NCBI GenBank assembly: GCA_027923505.1
Contig: BROI01000003.1
Span: 1,302,001 to 1,366,000, forward strand
Source of the DNA: Mayamaea pseudoterrestris
Taxonomy: Eukaryota
Length of the DNA: 64,000 bases
Reading direction: 5' to 3'
Both the position numbers and the translations under genes were made by a program. The notes below the pieces were generated by a model. The model did no database searches. It saw only the letters and a program-made list of their open reading frames with translations, and was not told the origin of the DNA. Positions 1 through 12,694 of the stretch are shown one piece after another; position 1 is the first letter of the stretch, and every line of letters starts with the position of its first letter.

Positions 1-84
1 CAAAGGTTAAACAAGAAAGCTAAAAAGCTGTTTAATTGACTTGTTGTGTGTGAGCGGCGCAAAATTTGCCACAGTAGAGCATCG

Positions 85-1391
85 TCATCGATTCCGATCC
101 TTGGTGCTCCACTTGAAACCCAGGAGCTCCAACCGTTGCACTCGTTCCCACGTCATGCCCTTGGCCTTGGTGGGGCCATGATCCTGCAGCAGCTTTTTAC
201 GGGCTCGCTGATTCTGCATCCATTTGTTCAACGCCTTGTCGTTGCAACAATTAGGAATGCAGCCATGATCGGTGCGATACTGCATAAGCTTGTCATAGTT
301 GGCTTGCCACTGGTCATGTTTCACGTGCGGACGCTTGCCGACACCAACGATCCATTCAAAGCCAATGCTGTTGAGTGCATTGACTTGGTCGTCGCTCAAA
401 CCCTTTTCGCCATGCGTTCTATCGCGAAGTTGCTTATTGGTACGTTGCTTGCGAACCCAGGCGTGCAGCGGGCCGTCGTCGGCCTTGCTCGGACTAGCGT
501 GCCCGTGCTGCAGCTTGTAACGAATCAATTGCTGGAATCGAGCCTAATGCAGAGATACGTCAAAGTGTTACCAATCGAGTGTTACTTCATGCAATTCACA
601 AGCCTTGTTAAACGTATACCTCTTACCTTCCATCGTTCCTGCAAATTCTTGACATCGTTTGGATTGACGGGTTTCTCCGACGACGACGCAAATGCCAAGA
701 CGGCATCACCCACCAAGGTTGCCGTACTATTCGTCACCGCGAAGGGCTGTTGCCCCGCATGTGTCGCCGTCGTCTTGACGAGTTGCTGCCGGAGCGACTG
801 AATCTCTCGTTCACGCTGCGCGAGTTGTTTCTTCAGCAAATGATTCTCCTCCGCCGGTGTCATTGGTGTTGAAACAGCCTTTTTTCGTGGTTGCTTTGGT
901 GTGTTGCTCCGCTTCGTCTTGGTTGCAGCAGCGTTAAAGTTGTTGGAGTTTGGTTCCAGCGAGCTGGCGGCCACCAATGTGGCAAGCGGATTATTGACTA
1001 CACCGAAATTCTCATTTACAAACTCTTGACTAGTTCTCACCGCGGCGGCGAGTGGGTCGGGTGGAGGCAAGGAAGGGGAAGGAGATGTATTTTGCTGCTG
1101 CTGCTGCTGCTGCTGCGGCGTTATGAACGAAGCAGTCAATGAATCTGCATCTAGATTTGGCCGATCTTCCGCCTCTAAATTTTGTTTTTCATGATAAATT
1201 TGTTGAACAGCAAGAGGCGTCGCAAATGTATGTTCAAAATCCTGCAACTGAAGTGCGGCTGCTTCGATGGAAAAGTGATGTTGCTGCTGCTGTTCGCCGC
1301 CTCTTCCTGGGAACGGCGGCGGCATGAAGAAGAGCGAGTCATCTTTACTGGAATCTTGGTGGTGTTGCTGATCATTTGCGTATTCACTCAT
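85..1391 (-). CDS. Poly-Q protein with coiled coil and two C-terminal helicase-associated (HA) domains; 2 exons (1391-627, 543-85)
   Basis: GT-AG intron 626-544 joins ...QERWK|ARFQQLIRYKLQHGH; HA-type motifs W..RF..L..YK..HGH..P, LHAWVRKQR, L..WMQNQR, L..LGF.W; paralog at 7440-8741. Confidence 0.8.
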
Positions 1392-1662
1392 TGACGACGA
1401 AAGAATTAGTGGCGAAAGGTAGCAGCAGCAAGTATGTGGAACAGTGTCATGGTGAAGCTCTTTCGCAAGGAATTTGCAGACAGTGATGCATGATGTCACA
1501 CCACTTCTGAGTACGTCATCATCGGATGTTTGAAACGCAACGTTGTTAACCAACGCGCCAGCCGGTACTGCCCTCTATGTATTCAAATCTCACGCCAGCC
1601 AGCTTCGACATGCCGATGAACGAAGCAAACATGCACAAATCAAAATCAAAACGACAGCAGCC

Positions 1663-4600
1663 ATGACGATTATGAGACGGTTTTGTCTCATCGTCGCGCT
1701 GCTATCAGCAGCCGCATCTGCAGAGAAGAACTCGTTTTGGATTGGAGACAAGGTGAAGGACCATGAGGTGAGCAAGCAGAATGAGTGCAAGTGCAAAGCC
1801 GTTGTAGAAGAAGGACTAAATGTTTGAGTGAATTGTCATGATTTCGATTTGATTTTCCATCTTTGACGGGAGATGTAACTCATATCATTCAAGGTGAAGG
1901 ACTACCTTCGGCTCCTTTTGTTTTCTCATACATACTTTTTCTGTCGCATGCAGAACAATGTCGCTCATCGCCTCCTCGAGCGCCTCCAAGCTGATCCTCG
2001 CGTTGACAGTTCGGGCCACTACAAGCATTTGCATGCTCATCGAAACATGGCGGCAGTGCAGGAAATGGAGGCGCAGCAACCGGAGGATACCTCAGTGGCT
2101 ACGGGCGCGCCGCCGGAATCAATCTTTGACGAGTCAATGATTCCGGAAGACATTTCGACAACAACTACTGATAGTACTCCTGAAACTACGGCAGTTTCAG
2201 ACACTCCACCGGCTGATCCAGTGGCTGAAGAGTCGCCTGTACCAGATATTCTAGTGGCGCCTCCTCCAGTAGCTGCACCTGAAACTCCAGTGGCGGCCCC
2301 TGACACTACTGAGGCTGCACCTGAGACTCCAGTCGCAGCACCCAAACCTCCAATCGCGACACCAGTACCAGCGACGGATCCAGTCGTCGACGAGCCAGTC
2401 GAGGAGGAGAAGGATACGACGGAGCAAGTGACGTCCTTACCAAAAGCTACCAAAGCACCAGACACAGCCGACGAGGAGCAGGATGCATCGTCGACGACGA
2501 CCAACACTGAAAGCGAAAGCAGCAGTGAGGGTCACTCAATCTTCAAGGGCGACACAAGCAGCAGCACGACAACCACTACCAGTGGACCCATTACTACCAG
2601 TGCGGAATCAAGCGGCAGTGCTTCCGTTGCGGAAGGCGGAAAGTTTGTTCCAGAAACGACGCCATCGGCAGTCAAGAAGGTAGCCATTGCCAAAAAGGGT
2701 GGCTCCAAGAAGGTAATCTCGGTGACTGGAAGCAAAACAATCAAAGCTGCAAAAGCGATCAAGGGTAGCAAGGCACCAAAATCGACTATTGTTACTACTC
2801 CCACCACCACCACAACAACAACTACTTCTTCAGCGTCGCAAAAGACCATCAAGAAGGTTCGAGGAATTGATGAGCAGGCCACCAAGGTTACTTCTGACAA
2901 GCTCGTTGAGACAGCTGTGGAAGATTGCGACTGCGAGGACGACGTGAACAAGCCACCGCCGTCTTTCGTCGGGCAAGGATCCGTCACTCCAGTCGCTGCA
3001 CCTGCGGAAGACTGTGAAGAAACGACGGCTCCGTTTGGTGCACTAGGAACGTCAGCACCAACACCGTTGCCAGCAGCCACGACAACCGGAGCACCGACTG
3101 TCGTTGCTTCCGCTGTCCCTTCTTCGACACCATCCGTCACGCCAAGTGGAGCACCAAGTGCGGCACCGACGATTCTATTGTCGACGGGACGACCAACGAA
3201 AGCGCCTAAAACGTCACGTCCAACTCCATTGTCAACGGTGGCACCAACTGCTTCCCCTACAAACAGTCCAACGGCGGTTGAGACAGAAAGTCCAACAGCA
3301 GCACTCAAGACTGTCCGGCCCACCTCGTCCCCTACAGCGGCGCCTACTTCTTCCCCTACCAGCAGTCCAACTGCCGTGGAGACGGAAAGTCCTTCAACAA
3401 CCCCCGAAACGTCTCGACCAACACCTGCTCCTACTCCCAGGCCGACATCTCCGCGCACTGAAGGCCCAATTACTCTTTCCACTGGTTCACCTACTGGCAA
3501 ACCAGGCACATCATCTCCCACTGGCACGCCATCAACGTTTATTGGTACTGGAAGTCCGACTTCTGCCCCGACTATGCTTGACGAATCAGTGCCGACTGTC
3601 TCTCCCATTGGTACGATGATGAGGTCTGGTCGCCCAACCTATCTGCCGACGCAGGGCATTTACATCACCACAAAGCCTTCCACTGCACCAGTTGCCGCCC
3701 CAGTTGCCGCCCCAGTGTCACCTCCACCAGTGGAACAAGAAGTGACTGCGACACCCATACAACAGACGGTCACGCCAGCGCCCGTACCAGCGACGACTCA
3801 GCAGCCTGTATCACCTCCTGTCCAAGTTCCAGCACAGCCCGTTTCGGCGCCAGTCACTCAGCAGCCTGTATCATCTCCTGTCCAAGTCCCACCACAGCCC
3901 GTTTCAGCACCAGTCACTCAGCCTCCTGTGTCACCTCCTGTCCAAGTTCCAGCACAGCCCGTTTCAGCACCAGTCACTCAGCCATCGCCTGTCGCTTCTC
4001 CTGTTACGCCTCCATTTGGAGAGTCTGGCGGAGGCGACTGCTGCGACTGTGATCAGACGAAAACGCCAACTGCTCCGTCGACTCCTTGGCCGACACCATC
4101 CTACTTTAAGGAAATTAATTCGCCGTCGCCCGTGAAACAAAGCGTAACTCCATTGCCGACCAAACCACCGACACCCGCTCCAACATCCTTGCCAACCATT
4201 CCGTTTGTCCCACTCGGATCTCCTGAGCCGACAAAGGAGCCAACGAGCCCACCAACATTGGCACCTGTTCCATTGCCGACGCTTCGCCCTACGCCTTTGC
4301 CGTCACCGCGTCCTACGCCTGCTCCAACTGCGGCTATAGTAACTTCCCAGCCGGTACCACTTCCTACGCCTTTGCCAACTGCGGCTAAAGTTACTCCCCA
4401 GCCAGCACCGCTTCCTACGCCTTCGCCAATCGCGACTGTGGTTCCTCCCCAGCCGGCACCGCGTCCAACTCCTGCGCCAACTGCAGCTCTAGTTACTCCC
4501 CAGCCAGCACCGGTTCCTACGCCTTCCCCCATTGCGGCTGTGGTTACTCCCCCGCCAGCACCGCGTGTCACAGCTACGCCGACCGCGGCTATAATTGCTC

Positions 4601-5085
4601 CACCAACGGGCCTTCCACCCACGCCAAACTTTATTGAAACTGGCACGACGCCTCCCACAGACACGCCTGTTCCATGCGAGGACGACTTTACCGAAATGGG
4701 GTCCCAAATTCCAGTTCCCAAGGGATCAGGATCAACCATCAAGGTGACTGAAAGTGGAGGCAGCGACAAGGAAGCTGTGGTCAAGACGAGCAGTGGCGGT
4801 GGCGGCGCGTTCAAGGAATCTGGAGGCGGTGATTCCAAAGAGTCTGTCTTTAAAACAGTTTCCAGTGGCTCTGTCGCTACCGTTGTCAAGGAGTCATCGT
4901 CGGGAGGCGGCGGCGGCGGTGATTTCAAGGCAACTTCCAGTGGATCAGTGGCAAGCGTCGCTAAGGAAGCATCAAGCGGTGGTGGCGACGACGTTAAGGA
5001 GTCATCAGGCGGTGGAGACTTCAAGGAAGCATCCAGTGGATCCGTGGCAAGCGTCATGAAGGACGCAGACCGCAAGTGGCTCTAA
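1663..5085 (+). CDS. Secreted Pro/Thr/Ser-rich mucin-like or cell-wall protein; 2 exons (1663-1767, 1954-5085)
   Basis: Signal peptide MTIMRRFCLIVALLSAAASA; phase-0 intron GTGAG(1768)...CAG(1953); PTxxPT and PVxxP repeats, Lys-rich block, KESSGGGD C-terminal repeats. Confidence 0.8.
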
Positions 5086-5375
5086 CTGTCCTGGCGTTAC
5101 GTTAAGTCCAAGCGCATTATTTCCAACGCAGCAACAAAACTGTTCGTTCCGTGTCACGAAGACACTATTATTCTAGAACGTATCTATCGTAGCAAACCAG
5201 TTAATTAATTGTTACTCTGGCATCATTTTGCGACTGCTCATGAAACCCGCGTTATGATAGCTGAGTGAAATGTGAGAATTGGTGCGACATCGCTCGCATC
5301 TTCCGATCGGCGTCGGCAACTGCTGCAATCACGTCAAAGAATCTTCTTATAAAACGCAAAAGAGCAAAGGCACAT

Positions 5376-6170
5376 ATGAATTCACTAGTCGCTTGTCAGC
5401 TGTACATGCTGATCATGCTATTGCTTTGCCATACAACAGATTCTCTAGCAACTTCATCCGCGCCGTCGCCGTCACCTTCCTCAACTTCCTTCCGACAGCT
5501 TCGAATCGCCTTTTGCACCGGCAACAAGATGAAGGCACACGAAGTGGAGACCATACTGTCGGAACATGGCGCCACGAAAGGTCCTTCATCGGAGCAGTCG
5601 CTGGTGGAGCTCAACATTTTGCAGTGCGATTTACCAGAGATTCAAGAGGTTGACACGGCCGCCATTGCCAAGAGCAAGGCCTTGCTGGCAGCACAGTTAG
5701 CAGGAGGACCCTGCATGGTGGAAGATACCAGTCTACAGTTCACTGCCTTGGGTGGCATGCCTGGTCCATACATCAAGTGGTTCCAGGACCGACTCGGATC
5801 GAAGGGACTCTACAACATTTTGGCGGCATACTCGGACAAGTCGGCCACGGCCGTTTGCACCTTGGCCTTTTGCCCAGCACCTCACGCGGACCCGGTACTG
5901 TTCACTGGAAGCTGCAAAGGAACCATTGTTGCTCCCGAAGCAGGGCGTGGGTTTGGCTGGGACTCTATATTTTTGCCGGACGGAAGCGACGTTCCGTTTA
6001 GTCTAATGTCGCTGGAGCAAAAATGTGAATTGTCACACAGGGGCAAGGCCGTGCGACAGTTCGCCGCGTGGTTGGGCGCCAACCAGGAGGCACTCTTTGA
6101 TCGACAGGAGGGAGCAGTCGCCATTGGCCACAAGGGTTTGAGTTTCAAGCCTGTCTTTCCCGAGCAATAG
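5376..6170 (+). CDS. ITPA: Inosine triphosphate pyrophosphatase (HAM1 family) with N-terminal targeting extension
   Basis: TGNKMKAHE, DLPEIQ, VEDTSL, GGMPGPYIKWF, FGWD, SHRGKA motifs; start codon uncertain. Confidence 0.93.
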   Translation: MNSLVACQLYMLIMLLLCHTTDSLATSSAPSPSPSSTSFRQLRIAFCTGNKMKAHEVETILSEHGATKGPSSEQSLVELNILQCDLPEIQEVDTAAIAKSKALLAAQLAGGPCMVEDTSLQFTALGGMPGPYIKWFQDRLGSKGLYNILAAYSDKSATAVCTLAFCPAPHADPVLFTGSCKGTIVAPEAGRGFGWDSIFLPDGSDVPFSLMSLEQKCELSHRGKAVRQFAAWLGANQEALFDRQEGAVAIGHKGLSFKPVFPEQ

Positions 6171-6296
6171 CAGAAATAGTGTCAGTGTTGTTCAATTCCC
6201 GTTCCAGTTGGCCATCAAGACCAACAGAAACATGCTACGCTAGTCGGACTTTAAACAGACACATTGAAATGATATAAAGAATAGATGATTATGTTA

Positions 6297-7115
6297 TTAC
6301 AGCACCGACATGACTTGTTGATGGGAAACACCAATGAGGTAGCCTGCCGAAGCCGATCCCAAGTGCCACAGTCCATGCCAAAACATGTACGGCCTGCCAT
6401 ACTCCCACTTCCAGCTCAGTAGCAAGCAGCCAACTCCCGCCAGCGACACGACCATGGCTTGCCCCTCCAACGGGCTCAACATATGTGATGCAACAATGGT
6501 ACTAATCAAGTAATACAGTGCCGACAGAATGGACACACCCGCCGCCGAGTAGTCGAGCAGCAAGGCGAGTCGCACTTCCTCCTTGGCGGAGACGCGGTCT
6601 TGCTCACTCGAGGAGCAAGCTTGCAGCTGCGTGTAGTGATAATTGTAGGAGCAAACGGCCGCCACGTCGGTCCACAGCGCGAGCCAGAAATCGTTGTAGA
6701 CAAGCGTCAATGTCACACCAGCCATGAGATAGGCAGCGTTGGTCAACAGAAAGGATTGTCCGAGCAGCGTCTTTGGTGACTCGGGCGTCAAATCAGCGAA
6801 ACTCAGCGCCCATCCGTCCGTGACGCGATCGAGAAAGTCTTGCATGTCCATGGTGAGTGTTTCCATGCGCTTGGCTGCTTGCGGTGGTAGTAGCTCAGAG
6901 GCAACGTTTTTAAATATGCGAGATGGACTAAAGGAACTGTCATCCTTACTGCTGCTGTTCAAGTTTGTTGGTTTTGATGATATAAGTGGCCGATACTGCT
7001 GTTGCTGCTGCACTGGCAATGAATATTGATGTAATTTTGGCGAAGGAGATACGAACGCAGTCGCACAATTTATGAGCGCCAATGACGCTAGCGCCACGAG
7101 ACTCCCACTCCTCAT
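6297..7115 (-). CDS. Plastid-targeted multi-pass membrane protein, function unknown
   Basis: Signal peptide ending ATA-FVSP; several hydrophobic helices; His motifs YH and WHGLWH. Confidence 0.65.
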   Translation of the reverse strand: MRSGSLVALASLALINCATAFVSPSPKLHQYSLPVQQQQQYRPLISSKPTNLNSSSKDDSSFSPSRIFKNVASELLPPQAAKRMETLTMDMQDFLDRVTDGWALSFADLTPESPKTLLGQSFLLTNAAYLMAGVTLTLVYNDFWLALWTDVAAVCSYNYHYTQLQACSSSEQDRVSAKEEVRLALLLDYSAAGVSILSALYYLISTIVASHMLSPLEGQAMVVSLAGVGCLLLSWKWEYGRPYMFWHGLWHLGSASAGYLIGVSHQQVMSVL

Positions 7116-7439
7116 TCTTTTAGTGTTAGTCTGCAAAATACTACTACTGCCGCCTATCGCCATGGTTCATATCATTGCATTCTTTCGTCGTCTCGCCGTT
7201 CGAAAGGAGGTCGATGCAGTTTTGTTCGATCGAAAGTGATGGAACGATGAAACGTCAACGTTTCCATTCTTTTATGTCGCACAACGACTCGTGACGTCAT
7301 GATATTAAACAGCTGGCGCGAGCGCCACGTAGACACTGGTACAAGTTTCTACGTGAGCAATCCGTCGCTCGATGCTCATCGTCGCCACACTCTCTCGAGC
7401 GATCGCCATGGCACGCACGAGACGCTACTGCATGGAACC

Positions 7440-8741
7440 ATGGACATGAACCAGAGTACTGCAACGACGCAGCAGCATCACATTGCTCCGCCCCATGGCG
7501 GCAATGATCCCGAGGAGGCGCTCTTGCCCGAGCTTGGATTGTCTCCAACTCGCTACGTTCCCGTCGAGATTGCCGCGGCCCAGCAGCATCAGCATCAGCA
7601 TCACCAATATCAGCATCACAATGGATACGAGAGTGTGCCGACGGAGGCAGTGCAGCAGTTGCAAGACCAGAATCATTCACACGTTTTAAACGACGCAAAC
7701 AATGTTCCGCCATTGGAGCAGCAGCAGGAAACGATGCATTATTTGCATCACCAGCCGCAGGACCCGTTGAACGCCTTGACGACGTTGGCCGTGGCCGCCG
7801 CTCCTCCTCGTCCGCAGCAAGAACAAGAGCAGCAAGCCTTTTCGTTGCTCGACATTATGAGTGGCCCGCATCCGACTGCTCTGCCGCCGCCAAATGGATA
7901 CTTGTTTGCGCCACCAGACGGTGGGTCTTTGCAGCAGCAGCAGCAGCAGCAGCCGCCAAAAATGTTTCAGCAGCTAGCGCCTCTTATCAACTTGGACGAT
8001 CCATTGTCACTCGCCAAGGCGCTGGAAGCCAAGGACAAGGAAATCAAGGCGCTCAAGCGCGCGCTCCACAAGGCGCAGCGCAAGCCGCAACACGTTCGCG
8101 AGTCGACGGCGAGCATGATTGGCCAAGCCGTCTTGAGCATTACCAACAAGGCCGAGCCGGAGGCGGATCAAGTGGATCCAAACACGATTAAAAACTTGCA
8201 GGAGCGCTGGCGAGCGCGGTTTTCGCAATTGGTGCGATACAAACTGAAACATGGTCATGCGAATGTTCCTGTAAGTGATGGTGTTGAAGGAAAGTGTTGT
8301 AACTTGTTGCATGTAACTCGACACCTCACACAAATCCATCGCGCACTTTATTTACAGAAATCATACCACGACGCACCCTTGCACGCCTGGGTGCGCAAGC
8401 AACGCATCAACAAGCAACTCCGCGACCGCACCAATGGCGTCAAGGGCTTGAGCGACGACCAAGTCAACGCGCTCAACAGCATTGGATTCGCGTGGGTGAT
8501 TGGACATCAACCGCGCGACGACTTGTGGCAGTCCAACTATGAGCGTCTCGTGCAAATGTACGCAGCGCATGGATACATTCCGACGCACTGCAACGACAAG
8601 AGCTTGACCAAGTGGATGCAGAATCAGCGGGCGCGCCGCAAGCTGCTGGACACTTTGGGGGAGGGCAAGGCAAGGGGTATGAGCTACGAGCGAGTGCAAA
8701 AGTTGGATGCGATTGGTTTCACGTGGGATGCGCGAAAGTAA
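7440..8741 (+). CDS. HA-domain poly-Q protein, paralog of 85-1391; probable in-frame intron 8271-8357
   Basis: Near-identical stretch LHAWVRKQR.NKQLRDRT.G.KGLSDDQVNALNSIGF; GTAAGT...TTTACAG 87-nt intron; start uncertain (ORF is open from 7299). Confidence 0.8.
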   Translation: MDMNQSTATTQQHHIAPPHGGNDPEEALLPELGLSPTRYVPVEIAAAQQHQHQHHQYQHHNGYESVPTEAVQQLQDQNHSHVLNDANNVPPLEQQQETMHYLHHQPQDPLNALTTLAVAAAPPRPQQEQEQQAFSLLDIMSGPHPTALPPPNGYLFAPPDGGSLQQQQQQQPPKMFQQLAPLINLDDPLSLAKALEAKDKEIKALKRALHKAQRKPQHVRESTASMIGQAVLSITNKAEPEADQVDPNTIKNLQERWRARFSQLVRYKLKHGHANVPVSDGVEGKCCNLLHVTRHLTQIHRALYLQKSYHDAPLHAWVRKQRINKQLRDRTNGVKGLSDDQVNALNSIGFAWVIGHQPRDDLWQSNYERLVQMYAAHGYIPTHCNDKSLTKWMQNQRARRKLLDTLGEGKARGMSYERVQKLDAIGFTWDARK

Positions 8742-8925
8742 TGAATGAATGACGTAGGGGAAAAGAAGGAAGGTTTGTGCGAAGCAAGTAGACGATTGAA
8801 AATATGTCTGGGACGGCCGGCAGACATGAGAACATCATACGCAGCAAGTTGTCGAGATTAATTAACGAATAATGCTCTATTAACTGTATGCATGATCTGT
8901 CAGAAATGGCATTATCGTCTTGCGA

Positions 8926-11630
8926 CTATGCCAATCCAGGTTGTAAGGGACCTTGAACATCCGTAGGCTCGTCGAGGTCAGTTTCGTTGTCATTCTTTAC
9001 GTCCTTTCGCAGCTTTTCCTTTCTCTGAATAAATTCAGCGTAAGCTGGATCAGCCTTGAAGGGCCTTGGTCCAATGAGCTGCAAAACGTCGTCATGCGTA
9101 ATAGTTTCGTTTGCTAGTAGCAGGTTTGCAACCTTGGCCACGTCCTCCTTCTTCTCCAACAGCAACGTCTTGATACGCTCAAAGGCTTCGTCAACAATCG
9201 CCCGAGCTTCTTCGTCCATTGCCTTTGCCGTCTTTTCCGAATATGGCCGGTCATCCCACATGGCATTAGGGTCCTTGGGAAATGACAACTGACCGAGCCG
9301 CGTGTTCATTCCGTACACTTGAATGGTGCTATACACCAGCCTAGTCACCTTCTTCAGATCATCCGAAGCTCCGGTAGTAACACGGCCAAAGAAAATCTCT
9401 TCCGCGGCTCGACCTGCCAACGTCATGCATACAATATCCATGATTTGTTCCTGTGTGCGCAGAAACACTTCCTTGGGAAGGTACTGGGCAAAGCCGAGCG
9501 CGCCGCTGGAGCGAGGAATAATGGTCACCTTGAGTAACGGGTCCGCGTGTTCCAAAAACCATCCTGCAACGGCATGTCCAGCTTCATGGTGCGCCACAAT
9601 ACTACGCTCCTCCTTGGACATTATCTTGTTACTTTCCAGTCCACCAATGATGCGGTCAGTCGCTTTTTCAAAATCGTCCAGCGTGACGGTCTCGCCCTTG
9701 CGACGCGCTGCTACAATCGCCGCTTCGTTGCAAATATTCGCAATGTCTGCACCGGCAAAACCAGGGGTCAATCCTGCAAGGCGTCCGGCAATATCTTCAA
9801 CGTCATCCGCAAGTTTAATGCCCGACAAATGGACTTTGAATATTTCTTTGCGCCCTTGCAGATCCGGCAGACCAACCATAATTTGACGATCAAATCGACC
9901 AGGTCGTGTCAAGGCTTGGTCAAGGATATCAACGCGGTTAGTACCAGCCAAAACGACAACTCCTGTACTTGGCGAAAATCCGTCCATTTCCACTAAAAGC
10001 TGATTCAGCGTATTCTCTCGCTCGTCATTTCCACCGACTCCTCCCCGCCCTCGTTGGCGGCCTACAGCATCAATTTCGTCTAAATGTAATAAAAAACCAT
10101 ATTAAAAAAGATGAGGATGTAACACGCAAGCATATAAAGATGAATTGCGAGCTGCACTTACCAATGAAAATGATACAAGGCGCGTGAGCTCGTGCCTCAC
10201 TGTCGTGTAACAGAAAGTGAGATTACTCGTTAAAGAAAACGACACACTTTCGCAATATGTAATACGTACCGGAACAAGTCCCTCACTCGTGACGGTCCGA
10301 CTCCAACAAACATTTCAATAAAATCAGAACCGCTAATGCTGTAAAACGGCACACCGGCTTCCCCAGCCACAGCCTTGGCCAGCAACGTCTTTCCGGTTCC
10401 TGGTGGTCCACATAACAATGCTCCCTTTGGAATCTTGGCTCCAAGCTTTGTGAATCGCTCCGAATCCTTCAAAAAATCGACAAACTCCATCACTTCCTTC
10501 TTCGCTTCCTCACAGCCAGCAACATTTCCAAAGTTGATGCTAACATCTTCACTAGCAATCTTTTTATGCGTCGACTTTCCAATCTGAAAGATACCACCCA
10601 TTCCACCCTTGCCGGCGCCGCCGGCACCACCCAATCCCCCGCTGGCGTAGCGCATCATGCCGAACAAGACCGCCGCCATTAACAGGCCCGGCACAATGCC
10701 TACCAACTCCCGCGCCAAACTGCTATCGGACATGTACTGGACGGGAACATCCTGCGATGGATCGCGGCCGAGTGCGCGCTGCGCTTCGTCCAGCTTGTGC
10801 TCGAAGGATTCAATCGATCCAATCGGCATGCGATAGTAGTTTGCGTTATTGTTGTTTCTATTGATCACGTCCATGGCAACCATGGAGGGTATTCCCGTGT
10901 TCATCTTGCTGCTGCTGCTACTTTCTGTGCCGTTTCCAAAGTCCATGGTGGTTGGTTCATTCTCGTGATGAGTCGTCTCAATGTTTCGACTCGACTGGTG
11001 TGATCGTCGCAGCTGTTCGTAGGATGATGCATTCGAAGAAGCGGCAGTCGTCGCTGCCGGCATGGGAGCCGGAACTGCGCCCGACACGAGACTACCATGA
11101 TCCGATGACGATAGTCCCTTGGCGTTTGAGCGCAAATAGACGCGCGCCGACTGTCGTTCATCCCCGTCACTTCCCTTGACCAAAATCTTGACGACATTTT
11201 GCTGCTGCAGGAGGCGCAAAAATTCGTGCCAGGAAATTTCACGCGGTATCATGCCAATGGATTGTGGATCGTCACTAGTGCTTTCGCGATAGTCCTTGGC
11301 CATGCCGAGTATAAACACGGCAAAGGCAACGCCGACGAGCCAATGGAGCATGCGATCAAAATCGTTGCCGCCTCCGCCTCCGCTGCCTCCATTATTGCCT
11401 TGGTTCTTGGATGACGATTTTCCGTCCTTGTTCAACGTCTTTTTCAGAAAATTGTCAAAGCCAGTACCAGGCTTTGGAGGTTTGATCCAGAGAGAGGAAA
11501 GGTCCGAAAGTGATGGCGTCAAGTAGGCTGCGGCAAGGGACGATGGTGCGGAAGGCTTGACGCGCGTGGCAAAGGATCGTCCCTGAAAGTGACGCCGCAG
11601 TCCTTTCATGATTATATTTGAAGATGACAT
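8926..11630 (-). CDS. Mitochondrial m-AAA/FtsH-family ATP-dependent zinc metalloprotease (AFG3L2/paraplegin-like); exons ~11630-10270, 10199-10162, 10079-8926
   Basis: Walker A GPPGTGKT, Walker B IIFI|DEID across an intron, [32 protein letters not shown]; two TM segments. Confidence 0.93.
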
Positions 11631-11899
11631 GATGATTGTTAAGTTGGACTTGTTCGCGCTGTCGAACGACCAAGATGGCGCTTGCGGAGACGTGTGTGCT
11701 GATGTTGATCGTTCCATGGTGATCGAGTCACGATGCAAGAAAGGCTTGTCGTAGCGTGACTGTTTCTGTCTTTTCAGTGACGGTTCTACACAATGCGTGC
11801 GTCAGTTTCGCGGCGGCGGTTTTAGGGTTGAAGGCAAGCCACCATGATCGTTTCTCGACTGCCTGCCGCACAACTCTTCTTCGTCAATTCTTCGCCATC

Positions 11900-12694
11900 A
11901 TGATGCGTCTACTACTTGCTGCAATCGTGGCTTCCACAGTATCGGCCTTTGTGTCACAAGCAACGTCAAAAGCCTCGAGTCTGGCGGCGGTGGCACCCGA
12001 GAAGGAGATTGGTGTCCAGGCTCCCATTGGATTCTTCGAGTAAGTCGAACAGTCGACAGTATGTGGTACGCAATACATTAAAAAAAGACGCAATGAAACA
12101 AAACGCTGACCCTCCAACACTCTCTTGTTTTCAGCCCACTTGGATTCCTGAACAATGGACCATACGGTGATCGCGTGGAAAACTTTAGACATTACCGATC
12201 AGTTGAAGTCAAGGTATGCATGCATTCCAACGAATGAGAGAGCACAAGCGTTTATCAAACATTGCATTCTGATTCATTCTCTCTCAAACACTATTCTTCA
12301 GCACGGAAGAATTGCCATGGCCGCTACATTGGGCATGCTGGTGCAGGAGAACTACCGGTTCGCCGGCGACCTGAGTCCATCCGAGGGACTCAAGTTTGAG
12401 GATGTTCCCAATGGACTCGCCGCTTTGGACGTTGTTCCGCTTGCCGGATGGGTCCAAATGGCTGTTGTAATTGGATTGCACGAAGTCTTTATCAAGGAGC
12501 GTCCCAACAAGGCGCCCGGTAACTTTGGTACGGGATACTTTGGCGTGGCGCTGGACGACCAATCGGCCAAGCAGCTTCGCGCACTCAACGTGGAGGTGGC
12601 CAATGGACGCTTGGCCATGCTGGGAATATTGGGAATGTTCGCTTCCGAAAGTATTCACGGAGAAGCATTGTGGGAGACACAAATTCTTGGTTAA
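11900..12694 (+). CDS. Light-harvesting fucoxanthin-chlorophyll a/c protein (LHC); exons 11900-12039, 12135-12213, 12302-12694
   Basis: VSA-FV plastid signal; GFFDPLG, EVKHGRIAM, EVANGRLAMLG motifs; canonical introns. Confidence 0.93.

Noticed and set aside
2037..5075. Long antisense ORFs (156, 358 and 324 aa)
   Set aside because: Shadow frames of the low-complexity Pro/Thr coding strand
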